Source: an uncultured Alphaproteobacteria bacterium (GTDB taxonomy: Bacteria; Pseudomonadota; Alphaproteobacteria; CAAGCB01; CAG-977). Taken from it: a stretch of 64,000 bases of DNA. Location of the stretch: assembly GCA_937912005.1 (NCBI GenBank), contig CALDOX010000015.1, positions 284,133 through 348,132 on the forward strand, in the 5' to 3' direction. Below the pieces are notes generated by a model. It saw nothing but the letters and a program-made list of their open reading frames with translations, was not told the DNA's origin and did not search any database. A program made the position numbers and the translations under genes. Positions within the stretch are counted from its first letter, which is position 1. Each line of letters begins with the position of its first letter. Positions 1 to 9,148 of the stretch are shown in pieces.

Positions 1-20
1 GAAGAAAGGACATCTTATCT

Positions 21-620
21 ATGAAAAAGATTTTGGCAGCGTTTTCGGCAATTTATATGTTGTCGGCATGTGCCGCTTTTCAAACCGATTATGTTGTCAA
101 AGAAAATTCGGAACATTCTTCGTTTGCTCCGGCATGGACGGTTCAGTCCAGAGCATACAGAATAGATTCATACGCCCAAACCAAGCAATTTCTTTATTTT
201 GTCGGAGAAGCAAACGATCCCAAGCAACGTTTATGTCTGAAAAATGCGGAAAAAGACGCCATACAAAAAACGGCGTCCGATGCCGCGCAAAAAATTATGC
301 GTCGCTTTGAACGAAACAAAACCGAAAACGCTTTGATTTCTTCGGAATTGAAAAATAAACTGGAAAAAAATATTTTGGTTAATCTGCAGGAAAGCGTTAT
401 TGCCGGGAAATATTGGGAAAAACGGGATTATCTGAAAGAAAAGGGAGCTAAAAGCAACTATACGACTTACAAATGCAATGTTGTCAACAAAATCAAAAAA
501 TCCGATTTAGCCGAAACACTGGAGGCCAGCAAAACCAAAGCAACAAAAGCGCTGTCCGCCAAAAACAAAACGGCGGCGGACAAGGCGATTGACGCTTACA
601 TTGCAGAGTTAAAAAGGTGA
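21..620 (+). CDS. putative lipoprotein, family not recognised
   Basis: Signal peptide ends in the lipobox-like 'LSAC'. The mature part is K/E-rich. It is first of three consecutive lipoprotein genes. Confidence 0.5.
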   Translation: MKKILAAFSAIYMLSACAAFQTDYVVKENSEHSSFAPAWTVQSRAYRIDSYAQTKQFLYFVGEANDPKQRLCLKNAEKDAIQKTASDAAQKIMRRFERNKTENALISSELKNKLEKNILVNLQESVIAGKYWEKRDYLKEKGAKSNYTTYKCNVVNKIKKSDLAETLEASKTKATKALSAKNKTAADKAIDAYIAELKR

Positions 621-648
621 AAAACAACCGTTGGGAAAGGGTATGCTT

Positions 649-1605
649 ATGAAAAAACGGGGATTTTTAATGACTGTTTTTTTAGCGATTGTCTTGCAGG
701 CTTGTGCCGCAACAGCCGCAACCAAAACAGACGCGGCGACACAACCCAAATGGGTCAATAATCCGTCTGCCGCTTGTACCAAAAGCGAAATGTGCGCCGT
801 CGGAACGGGAGCGAGCGTCAAGCGGGCACAGGCTGACGCCAGAAATCAAATCGCCAAGATTTTTGAATCCAAGATCAAATCATCTTTCGAAACGACATTC
901 ATTGACGAAAATGACACCTCTTATTCAAAGGTGAAAGATTACATTTCCGATGAATCGGAAGTGATTTTGGAATCTGTTGAAATCAAAGAAACATACGAAA
1001 CGCCGACAGATGTTTACGCTTTAGCCGTTCTGAACAAACCGACGGCCACCCGCATCACCAAACAGGACATCGACGCTTTGGATCAAAAAATGCAGCTCTT
1101 GTTGAAAGAAGATACGCCTGCCGCCGCCGTTCAGTTGGAAAAACTGTACGAAGAACGCCGCGGTTATAACAGACGCTACACCGTTCTGACCGGCCATCCG
1201 ATGCCCGAGCAGGTCACTTATGATCAGGTTTACGGCAACAAAAAAGACCGTATCGGCAAACGCCATATTTTTCTGACCGTTGACGGCAAACCCAATGCTT
1301 CCTTTGATCAGGCGGTACGTTCCGTTCTGAAAGAAAACGGCTATACGTTTGCTGCGTCCGCTTCCGAAGAAACACCGAAAGTCACCATTTCTTTCGAAGA
1401 GGAAGAACAGTATATGAAAGTAAAAGGCTTTGTGAAATACGCCTATCATTTCACGATGAAAGCCCCGGATAAAAAAGGAAAAATGATTGATGTTCTGGCA
1501 ACGACGATTGAAGAATCGGGACGTAACCAGCAGCAGGCTTTTAAAAACGCTTTAACGTCTTTAAAGACCTACATTCAGGAAAATATTTTAAACTTAAACT
1601 TCTAA
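649..1605 (+). CDS. LPP20-family lipoprotein
   Basis: The track ORF starts at TTG 631. ATG 649 gives 'MKKRGFLMTVFLAIVLQAC' (signal peptide plus lipobox). 'AVGTGASVKRAQADARNQIAKIFESKI' resembles the LPP20/FlgP-like domain. Confidence 0.55.
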   Translation: MKKRGFLMTVFLAIVLQACAATAATKTDAATQPKWVNNPSAACTKSEMCAVGTGASVKRAQADARNQIAKIFESKIKSSFETTFIDENDTSYSKVKDYISDESEVILESVEIKETYETPTDVYALAVLNKPTATRITKQDIDALDQKMQLLLKEDTPAAAVQLEKLYEERRGYNRRYTVLTGHPMPEQVTYDQVYGNKKDRIGKRHIFLTVDGKPNASFDQAVRSVLKENGYTFAASASEETPKVTISFEEEEQYMKVKGFVKYAYHFTMKAPDKKGKMIDVLATTIEESGRNQQQAFKNALTSLKTYIQENILNLNF

Positions 1606-1618
1606 AAGGAACCGAAAA

Positions 1619-2233
1619 ATGAAGAAATCTCTACTTGTTTTAGCTTTTGCCGCTTCGTTCGCCCTGTCGGGCTGCGCCGATTTCAAGGCCGAACGTTTAA
1701 CTACGGCGGAAGGTGATGAAAAAGCGATGAGCATCACGGATGAATGGCTGCAAACCGATACGGAAAACACCGTTAAAGCCGTTTTAAAACAGTTGGACAG
1801 CCACCGTGGATTCCAACGCTATCTGAATGCGTTAGGCCATCCGCCTAAAATGTTTATCGCCGAAGTACAGAACGAAACATCGGAAGCATATTTTCCGATT
1901 GACGACCTGAATGACGAATTTTTGAATGAAGTTTCCGCTTCCGGCGATTTCACTTTGATTGACGCCAAAGCCCGCGACAGAATCTTAAAAGAAATTCAAT
2001 ACCAAAACGACGGCATGGTCAAAGCTTCCGATATCAGAAAAATCGGAAAAGCGACAGGTGCCGAATTGTTGATGTTCGGAGCCGTTCGTATGAATCCGAA
2101 AACTTTAAACGGCAAAACGATCAAAGAATATTCCGTCAACCTGCGCTTGACCAATATCGAAACAGGCGAAGAAGTCGGCCGCGTTCGCTATAAAACATCC
2201 AAATACTCCAAACGCGGCGGTTTCGGTTGGTAA
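1619..2233 (+). CDS. LpoB/COG3417-like lipoprotein
   Basis: Lipobox 'LSGC'. The C-terminal domain pattern 'FTLIDAKARDRILKEIQYQNDG...GAELLMFGAV' is typical of LpoB/CsgG-like lipoproteins. Confidence 0.5.
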   Translation: MKKSLLVLAFAASFALSGCADFKAERLTTAEGDEKAMSITDEWLQTDTENTVKAVLKQLDSHRGFQRYLNALGHPPKMFIAEVQNETSEAYFPIDDLNDEFLNEVSASGDFTLIDAKARDRILKEIQYQNDGMVKASDIRKIGKATGAELLMFGAVRMNPKTLNGKTIKEYSVNLRLTNIETGEEVGRVRYKTSKYSKRGGFGW

Positions 2234-2249
2234 AATTTATCTTTAACAA

Positions 2250-2281
2250 AAAAGCTTCCGGCCTTTCCGGAAGCTTTTTTT
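2250..2281 (+). terminator. rho-independent terminator after the lipoprotein operon
   Basis: GCTTCCGG (2254-2261) / CCGGAAGC (2267-2274) stem with a 5-nt loop, followed by a T-run. Confidence 0.7.
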
Positions 2282-2297
2282 ATCAAGGATTTTCATT

Positions 2298-2939
2298 ATG
2301 AAAACATTTATCCGGTTCTTCTTTTGGGTGTTGGTTTTATCCGCTTCGGATTTGCAAGCGGCGGACGGATTTTTCGTCCGGCCTTTAAGTCCGGAATTGA
2401 AAAAGCGGATCACGGGCATTTCTTTTCCGTATGAACCCGCGGAAATTTCTTACGACGATTTGGTTGACATTCACGTTTTGCATTACGACTTTAACAATCA
2501 AGTGCAAAAAGGACGTCTGATCTGCAACAAAAAAATCGGGCAAAAAGTTCTGGCCGTTTTTAAAAAGCTGTACGACAACGCGTATCAAATCGAAAAGATC
2601 CGGCTGATCGAAGACTATAAAGGCGATGATGAAGCGTCAATGCGCGACAACAACACGTCGTGTTTCAACTATCGCAAAATCGCCGGTTCGGACAAACTGT
2701 CCAATCATTCGTTCGGGTTGGCTCTGGACATCAATCCGCTTTACAACCCGTATGTCAAACGGACAAAAACGAAAACCGTCATTTCTCCCGAAACGGCGAC
2801 CGACTACGCAGACAGGACACGTCCTTTCCCGCACAAGATCGACAAAGACGATTTAGCTTATCAGGCCTTTACGGAACAGGGGTTTTTCTGGGGCGGTAGT
2901 TGGATTTCCGTCAAAGACTACCAACACTTCGAGTACTAG
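2298..2939 (+). CDS. M15-family (VanY-like) D-Ala-D-Ala carboxypeptidase/peptidase, secreted
   Basis: Signal peptide. 'SNHSFGLALDINP' matches the H-x6-D zinc motif, and the C-terminal 'DYQHFEY' supplies the His. Confidence 0.7.
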   Translation: MKTFIRFFFWVLVLSASDLQAADGFFVRPLSPELKKRITGISFPYEPAEISYDDLVDIHVLHYDFNNQVQKGRLICNKKIGQKVLAVFKKLYDNAYQIEKIRLIEDYKGDDEASMRDNNTSCFNYRKIAGSDKLSNHSFGLALDINPLYNPYVKRTKTKTVISPETATDYADRTRPFPHKIDKDDLAYQAFTEQGFFWGGSWISVKDYQHFEY

Positions 2940-3013
2940 CCGTACGGGCCACTGGTCGTAGGGGCGAAACGTCCTCCGGACAGGAGAAAGAGGATTGTTT
3001 ATAGCCGGCAGTA

Positions 3014-3748
3014 CTAGGCGGCCAGCTTATATTCAAAACCGTGGCAAGTGCCGGTGAACATTCGCTTGCCGTAGTGATAGGCCATCGGCGTCATAAACGG
3101 CAGAGGTTTCCAATCACCGTCATCCAACGGAACAGTCGCAAACACCGCCGCGCCGTCCGTTTCCTTCATAAACAACGAATCGGCATAGTTGGAATGAACG
3201 TACAGCAACTCCCCGTCGTAAAGCGTCAGGTTCAACTTATTGTTCGGTGCCAATCCGCCGATCAATTCGTCAATCAGAGCGAAGCGCTCCCTTGCCGTCA
3301 GTTCCCGGTTTAAAGCGGATTGGCGTTGATTGACCTGATCAACCAGATAATACAAAATCCGTTCGCTGTCGGTGGAGCCTTCCTGCGCGGCGGCATAAGC
3401 ATCCGTCTTTGTCCCGTCGAAAATCGTGCCGTTATGCGCCAATGTCCACGCCCGATTCAGGTTGTCGCGCAAAATAAACGGGTGCGAATTCGCGTATTCC
3501 ATTTTGCCGACCGTTGCCAGCCGGATATGCGCCAACGCGTTGCAGGCGAAAATCTGATGGCTCAAACGGTCTTTCAGATAGCTGCTTTTATTGGATTCGA
3601 CGGGTTCTTTTTCCAGGCTGACAGCATTTCCGTAAAAAACGGCCAGTCCCCACCCGTTCGGGTGTTTTGAACCATGAGAAAAAAATTCCGTCAGCAAAGC
3701 GTTCAGCTGTATTTCCTTTTCGGAAGAAACGGCGAATATTTCACACAC
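3014..3748 (-). CDS. class II (Ntn) glutamine amidotransferase-like amidohydrolase (YafJ/EgtC-like)
   Basis: Starts 'MCEIF', which gives the Cys2 nucleophile. 'HPNGWGLA' and 'HNGTI' blocks. Its start overlaps the upstream gene by 8 nt. Confidence 0.7.
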   Translation of the reverse strand: MCEIFAVSSEKEIQLNALLTEFFSHGSKHPNGWGLAVFYGNAVSLEKEPVESNKSSYLKDRLSHQIFACNALAHIRLATVGKMEYANSHPFILRDNLNRAWTLAHNGTIFDGTKTDAYAAAQEGSTDSERILYYLVDQVNQRQSALNRELTARERFALIDELIGGLAPNNKLNLTLYDGELLYVHSNYADSLFMKETDGAAVFATVPLDDGDWKPLPFMTPMAYHYGKRMFTGTCHGFEYKLAA

Positions 3749-5021
3749 GGCAAGCCTCCTGCTGTTTTTGTTCCGCCAAGATCATCCCTTTGGTAACGAA
3801 CGAATTCGTAAAGCGCGTTCTGACCTGCCACGCATAGCGTTTTTCGGGCGTAACGAACTTTTCCAGTTCAAAGTCCAGAACGGCATGAACGTCCGCCGGA
3901 AAATCACGGTAAAACGCTTTCATATGTTCAACAACTTTGACGCCGGCATCGGCAACGGAATACACTTCCCCGTCCGGCAACATAATTTTGACCGTCTTCA
4001 AATCATAGTGCGCGGCGTTTTTAAAGTTCTGAACCGCCTGCACCTGCTCTTTGATCGAAGGCAGTTTGCACGGCTCTGCGGCCAACCAAATCAGGAACAG
4101 CTGCGCAAATATCAAGTCCCGTTCGTCCACGCCGGAATCCGTCAGCGGATTCAAATCAAACATTCTTAATTCGATATGATCAACGCCGTTTTTCACCAAA
4201 ACATCCAAATCGTTTTTTCCCGCCGGCTTCAGCCTGATCGGATAATACAGTTCTGACGGCGCGGCCAGCAGTCCTCGTTTGACGTAGAAACGGATGCTGT
4301 CCGCGTATTTTTTCAGATTTTCGTAATCGTACCAGACAGTAAAATAATTCCAGTATCCCAGTTCGCTGCATCTGACAGACGCCATACCGCTGAATTCGTC
4401 TTCGCCAAAGCGTCCTTTTTCCACAAAAGAGCTGTCCGTCAACGGACTGGCCGCCGTCAGAGCCGTTAAAATCCACCCGTACGCCGCCGCCGATTCCGCC
4501 ACCGCCAGATAAAGTTTATCCTTGTATTCTCTGAAATTCTTTTGGCCGCTTAAAGCAAAAGCGGCTTGCAGAAGTTCATCGGAGAAGGAATAGTTCACAT
4601 GAATACCGGACAGCGTCATTTTATACCGCCCGTAACGGTCGGATAAATACTCGCGATAATCCGTTTTGGCTTTCAGGTCGCCGGTAAACTGCGCGATCGG
4701 AACGTCTTTTTCGTTACGGATAAACGGCGGGTTGGAAAACGGCCAGAGCAATTCCCGTTCGGGTAAAGACCGCAATTTCTTTTGAATTTTCGCCGTGTAC
4801 TCTTCCAAAGAATGAATCGCTTCGTGTGCGCTGCTGACAACCGGCGTGTTGATTTCCGTCTGGTTTTCGCAGAAATCGCGAACGATGTGTTCTTCTCCCG
4901 CAAACGGGTGCGGCGTATGCGCAAAGTAACCGTCCGGCGTAACGCGCAGACTTTCCTTTTCCAGCCCGAACTTTCCTTTGAGCAACAAAGACCGGATTTG
5001 ATCGTTTTCAACCGGCAACAT
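3741..5021 (-). CDS. gshA: glutamate--cysteine ligase, GshA type
   Basis: 'FGLEKESLRV', 'EINTPV', 'LWPFS' and 'LSGIHVNYSF' align with E. coli GshA and the GshF N-domain as I recall them. Confidence 0.75.
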   Translation of the reverse strand: MLPVENDQIRSLLLKGKFGLEKESLRVTPDGYFAHTPHPFAGEEHIVRDFCENQTEINTPVVSSAHEAIHSLEEYTAKIQKKLRSLPERELLWPFSNPPFIRNEKDVPIAQFTGDLKAKTDYREYLSDRYGRYKMTLSGIHVNYSFSDELLQAAFALSGQKNFREYKDKLYLAVAESAAAYGWILTALTAASPLTDSSFVEKGRFGEDEFSGMASVRCSELGYWNYFTVWYDYENLKKYADSIRFYVKRGLLAAPSELYYPIRLKPAGKNDLDVLVKNGVDHIELRMFDLNPLTDSGVDERDLIFAQLFLIWLAAEPCKLPSIKEQVQAVQNFKNAAHYDLKTVKIMLPDGEVYSVADAGVKVVEHMKAFYRDFPADVHAVLDFELEKFVTPEKRYAWQVRTRFTNSFVTKGMILAEQKQQEACRV

Positions 5022-5025
5022 TTTT

Positions 5026-5769
5026 TCAGTCCTCTAAAAAGAACGGCAGGAAATAGCGGATCTGTTTTTTCCACCACGGCCAGTCGTGATCAGAATCCTT
5101 GCCCCACAAATCGACCCACGCTTCGATGCCTTTGCGTAGCAGAAGCTCCCCCATCAGCCGCGTCGTGCGCTGACATTCGCGCTCCCAGAATCCCTGCCCC
5201 GCGCACAGAATGATTTTTTTCGTATTGTACAGAGCGATATACGGGTGGTCTTCCGGCATATTTTCCAAGAACAACAACGGAGAGTTATCATAAATCACCT
5301 TGCTTGTCCAACCGTCCCAGAAATGTTCCGCATTAAAGCAGGCCGAACAGGTCAAAACGCCCGAAAACAAATCGGGACGACGGAAAAACACGATGCCCGC
5401 ATGCCCGCCGCCCAGACTGAATCCCGTCACCAACGGCAGGCGGTCATCTTCGGAAACCGACATAATGAACGGCACAAGCTCATCCGTGACAAAATGGAAA
5501 TAGCTTTCCTGAACGTTTGCTCGAAGCTCTTTATCGCCGTTTGTGTCCGACCAGCTTTCACTATCGACCGTATCAACGCAGAACAGGCGGATTTGCCCGC
5601 TTTCGATGAAATCCGAAAGCTCGTCCGGCATACCGAAACATTCCCAGTTGTCGCATTGACTGTCCTGACATGGAAAGGCCAGAACGGGCAATCCTTTGTC
5701 GCCGTAAGACAGCAAATTCATCTCACGGTTCAGCGCATTTGAATGAATCGTATAACTTTTCCTGTCCAT
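5026..5769 (-). CDS. esterase-family alpha/beta hydrolase (PF00756-like)
   Basis: Nucleophile elbow 'GFSLGG'. Length and pattern fit the esterase D / putative-esterase family. Confidence 0.6.
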   Translation of the reverse strand: MDRKSYTIHSNALNREMNLLSYGDKGLPVLAFPCQDSQCDNWECFGMPDELSDFIESGQIRLFCVDTVDSESWSDTNGDKELRANVQESYFHFVTDELVPFIMSVSEDDRLPLVTGFSLGGGHAGIVFFRRPDLFSGVLTCSACFNAEHFWDGWTSKVIYDNSPLLFLENMPEDHPYIALYNTKKIILCAGQGFWERECQRTTRLMGELLLRKGIEAWVDLWGKDSDHDWPWWKKQIRYFLPFFLED

Positions 5770-5770
5770 A

Positions 5771-6958
5771 TTATTTCCTTTCCAGAATGAAGCGCACCTG
5801 TTCGTCGCGTTCCGCCAAGGTATCCGCGCGCATTAAAAACGCATGGTTGCCCATTTCTCCGGCCAAAACAGCGTCAACCGTCTGTTCGCGCAAGATCTGC
5901 GGCGCGTATTTTTCGCGGATTTCTTCCGGCGTATGGGCATAAGAAATGCTGTCCTTGCGCCCGACGTGCGTGATGTAATGGCGAAATTCGCTGTTCATAA
6001 AGCACTTATCATATATCAGACTGTCCGCCCAAATCGTGTAAACGTCCGTGTCGTAAGCATAATTCATCTTGTCCGGTATATAGCCGCCCGGCGCGCGCAT
6101 ATTGACCTCCAACCCGACGATATCGCCTTTTTTGCCCAATCCTTTTTTAGCTTCGTCCAAACGGAAAAACTCAAAGTGGAAAAATTTGTTGCGGGTATCA
6201 AATTCTTTGAGCACTTTTTCGCCCGCTGCCCGCAAATCGTCGCCGGGGGCTTGGCAGTAGCTGACAACATCGTTATCAAGATTGACCGCGTCCATCAGGC
6301 TGACCGGCAGACACTGCGAAGCGCAAAAGAGGACGTTTTTACGGCTGTCCGTAATGCCGTCAAACGTTTCGACATGACCGGGGACGCACTCCTCTTCGAT
6401 ATACGGAATATCTTCCGGCTTCGTTGCCCAAAAAGCAGCCGTATCGTCATCGTTTTGCAGCTTGTAGGTGTTGGATGCTCCGACGCCTTTATCCGGTTTG
6501 ACGATGACGGGATAGCCGACTTTGCGCGCGAAATCCAAAGCCTCCTGTTCCGTCTGCGGCAGAGTCCAGCGCGCCGTCGGAATACCGGCGCGGGCATAGG
6601 CTTCCTTCATTCTCGATTTACGATTCATCGCCGCCATATCCGCAAACTTCGGCCCCGTCGTGATGTTAAAGTCCGTCCGAATCCGCGCGTCCAATTCCAA
6701 CCAGTATTCGTTTTCGCTTTCAACATAGTCAATCCGTCCGTATCTGAACACATAATCGGCAACGACGCGGTAAACCTGATCATAATCCTGCAAAGACGTT
6801 ACATAACGATAATCCGATAAACTGTTTTGACAATTTTCTCCGATAGCCTCCCACGGCGCGTCCCCAATTCCGAGAACGGTCACGCCGCGTTCTTTCAAAC
6901 GAGAGCAGAACTGATAAAAATGACGCGGAAAATGCGGAGAGATAAAAATAACGTTCAT
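5771..6958 (-). CDS. ATP-grasp domain ligase
   Basis: 'GYPVIVKPDKGVGASNTYK' and 'GLEVNMRAPGG' blocks are typical of ATP-grasp carboxylate-amine ligases. It is the first gene of a 4-gene operon. Confidence 0.7.
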   Translation of the reverse strand: MNVIFISPHFPRHFYQFCSRLKERGVTVLGIGDAPWEAIGENCQNSLSDYRYVTSLQDYDQVYRVVADYVFRYGRIDYVESENEYWLELDARIRTDFNITTGPKFADMAAMNRKSRMKEAYARAGIPTARWTLPQTEQEALDFARKVGYPVIVKPDKGVGASNTYKLQNDDDTAAFWATKPEDIPYIEEECVPGHVETFDGITDSRKNVLFCASQCLPVSLMDAVNLDNDVVSYCQAPGDDLRAAGEKVLKEFDTRNKFFHFEFFRLDEAKKGLGKKGDIVGLEVNMRAPGGYIPDKMNYAYDTDVYTIWADSLIYDKCFMNSEFRHYITHVGRKDSISYAHTPEEIREKYAPQILREQTVDAVLAGEMGNHAFLMRADTLAERDEQVRFILERK

Positions 6959-7148
6959 ACTCAGATTCCTTAAAAATCAATACGGACAGACAAGAAAACT
7001 ATATGCTTTTTTATAAAACAACGCTACAGGAAACACCGATTTCAAATAATTTCTTTGTATTATTTTGAAACATAAGTTTAATCGCCTTGCTATCCGATCG
7101 ATGATATATTCAGATCATCTTGATATTACTGAACAAAAGGAATCAGAT

Positions 7149-7745
7149 ATGAAAAAATCTTTATTACTCGCCTCCGTCGCTTGTCTGTTCGCCATTAACG
7201 CGCAAGCTGCAGACATTAAACCGTACGTTTCCGCCAAAGCCAAATTTGCGGGCATCAGAGCCGAAGCGGAACAGACCAGTCCGATACACGCTAAAGCAAA
7301 ACTGAATGACAGCGTTTTCGGATATAATCTGGCTGCCGGTGCGGGAATAAAAATGGAAGAAGGCATTTTAAGATTCGAACTTGAATACACCTCAAATGAT
7401 GACGCCGAAAAAACGATTAACGGAGTAAAAGGAAAATTTGAATCCTATGCTGTTTTTGCAAACGCCTATTTTGATTTTGACACAAATTCGGCTTTCCGTC
7501 CGTATGTCGGGATCGGCTTAGGCGGTTCAAAAGTCAAATTCGGCAATAAAAGCAAAAACGAAATTGCTTATAATTACAGCGCCGGTGTCGGTTATTTAAT
7601 CAATGACAATACAGCGCTTGATCTGGGATACCGTTTCACGTCCTACGCGGATTTTGACGAAGAAAAAAAAGGCGTTCCTTATCAAAAAATCGAATATAAG
7701 GCCTATGCCAACGAAATTATGCTGGGAGTCAGATTTTCTTTTTAA
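7149..7745 (+). CDS. outer-membrane beta-barrel protein (Omp25/31-, OmpA-barrel-like)
   Basis: The track ORF starts at TTG 7065. ATG 7149 has an AAGGA Shine-Dalgarno (SD) sequence and gives the signal peptide 'MKKSLLLASVACLFAINAQA'. Alternating beta-strand pattern and C-terminal 'RFSF'. Confidence 0.65.
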   Translation: MKKSLLLASVACLFAINAQAADIKPYVSAKAKFAGIRAEAEQTSPIHAKAKLNDSVFGYNLAAGAGIKMEEGILRFELEYTSNDDAEKTINGVKGKFESYAVFANAYFDFDTNSAFRPYVGIGLGGSKVKFGNKSKNEIAYNYSAGVGYLINDNTALDLGYRFTSYADFDEEKKGVPYQKIEYKAYANEIMLGVRFSF

Positions 7746-7760
7746 ATAAAAAAATACTAA

Positions 7761-7795
7761 AAAAAGCCTTGTATCCGGCGTGATACAAGGCTTTT
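7761..7795. terminator. hairpin terminator between the OMP gene and tRNA-Ala
   Basis: GCCTTGTATC (7766-7775) / GATACAAGGC (7782-7791) stem, flanked by an A-run and a T-run. Confidence 0.6.
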
Positions 7796-7799
7796 AAAT

Positions 7800-7875
7800 T
7801 GGTGGAGATGAGGAGGATCGAACTCCTGACCTACGCATTGCGAACGCGTCGCTCTCCCAGCTGAGCTACACCCCC
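7800..7875 (-). tRNA. tRNA-Ala (anticodon CGC)
   Basis: The reverse complement folds as a 76-nt cloverleaf: GGGGGTG acceptor with G3:U70, anticodon loop TTCGCAA, GGTTCGATCC-like T-arm and an encoded CCA. Confidence 0.95.
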
Positions 7876-7964
7876 GTGAATGGCTGTAATATGCTTTTTT
7901 TATCCCGTAGAGTCAACAAAAAAAAGCATCCGACCTGAAAAAACAGCTTCTTGTTCCGTCATAT

Positions 7965-7990
7965 AAAAAAACAGCCTGTTTGCACAGGCC
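7965..7990 (-). terminator. terminator downstream of ptsN
   Basis: GCCTGT (7974-7979) / ACAGGC (7984-7989) stem, followed on the minus strand by a U-run (A-run 7965-7971 on the plus strand). Confidence 0.5.
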
Positions 7991-7997
7991 GTTTTTA

Positions 7998-8453
7998 TTA
8001 GTTTTGCTCGCTTTCCAGAATGGCCGAATAAATCGCTTCGGCGCTCTCGCTGCCTCGCAACAAGGCGCACATTCTTTCATTATGCAGCAATCGGGAAACT
8101 TTTGCCAAAGCTGTTAAATGATCTCCGCCTGCGTTTTCAGGCGTCAACAGCAGAAACATCAAATCCACCGGCTTGCCGTCGGTCGCATCAAAAGGAACGG
8201 GCTTGTTTAACCGAGCAAACAGCAAATATAGCTTGTCCAAAGCAATCAATTTGCCATGCGGAACGGCAACGCCGCCGCCTACCCCCGTTGATCCCAACCG
8301 TTCGCGTTCCAACAACACATCCAAGATCGCACGGTCTTCTATATTCAACTGTGCGGCCGCATAGGAGGCTATTTCCTGCAGCGCCTGTTTCTTGCTTGTC
8401 GCCTTCAGATCCGGAAGAATCGTTTCGGGCGTCAACAAATCGGAAATCAGCAT
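7998..8453 (-). CDS. ptsN: PTS EIIA-Ntr nitrogen regulatory protein
   Basis: 'GVAVPHGK' phospho-His motif. Located downstream of rpoN-hpf. Confidence 0.85.
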   Translation of the reverse strand: MLISDLLTPETILPDLKATSKKQALQEIASYAAAQLNIEDRAILDVLLERERLGSTGVGGGVAVPHGKLIALDKLYLLFARLNKPVPFDATDGKPVDLMFLLLTPENAGGDHLTALAKVSRLLHNERMCALLRGSESAEAIYSAILESEQN

Positions 8454-8470
8454 ATCGTCAGCTTTATAGC

Positions 8471-9031
8471 TTAGTTCGCCTGCGGATCAACCCAGCCGAT
8501 ATTGCCATCGGCACGGCGATAAACCATATTTAATCCGCCATGAGCAATATTTCTGAACATCAAAGCAGGAACATCAGCCAAATCCATGCGCATTACAGCG
8601 CCGCTGACCGTGCACAACGGCAGTTCAGACTGCATTTCGGCTACGACAACCGGCGCAGCTTCATCCTGCGGCAAAGAATCCTCTTCGACTTCTTTTTCCG
8701 GTTCAATAACGGCAAAGTTAACCGTTTCAGCTGTTGATTTGTGGCTTGTCAGGCGCTTTTTATAACGCTTCAGCTGTTTGGCAATACGGTCGTTTGCCGC
8801 ATCAAAAGCGGCGTAAGCATCAGCATTGGAAGAAGATCCCTGAATGGAAACGCTGCTCATCGGGTGGGCGGAAATGTCCGCTTTAATGAGACTGCCTTCT
8901 TTCGAAAAAGAAACGGAAGCGTTCAAAGGCGTTTCAAAATACTTCTTCAGAGTATTTTCAATGCGTTCCTCAACATATGCGCGCAAGCTTGTGCCAATGT
9001 CGATTTGTTTACCTGTAATAGCAATTTTCAT
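8471..9031 (-). CDS. hpf: ribosome hibernation promoting factor (long form)
   Basis: S30AE/sigma-54 modulation N-domain ('MKIAITGKQIDIG...') plus a C-terminal dimerisation domain. Canonical position after rpoN. Confidence 0.85.
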   Translation of the reverse strand: MKIAITGKQIDIGTSLRAYVEERIENTLKKYFETPLNASVSFSKEGSLIKADISAHPMSSVSIQGSSSNADAYAAFDAANDRIAKQLKRYKKRLTSHKSTAETVNFAVIEPEKEVEEDSLPQDEAAPVVVAEMQSELPLCTVSGAVMRMDLADVPALMFRNIAHGGLNMVYRRADGNIGWVDPQAN

Positions 9032-9148
9032 AGTGCCGTTCTCATTTGTTAATAGTTAAATCATTTGCGGTTTTCTAACCGCCTAAGGCGAAAAAGTACG
9101 ACCCTGCGCGTCGTAAGTCAAGTAAATGTTTTATAAGCAGATCGAAAA

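Noticed and set aside
5843-6820. 325-aa ORF on the plus strand
   Set aside because: It is entirely antisense to the well-supported ATP-grasp gene. It has an Arg/Phe/Val-rich shadow-frame composition and no motif.
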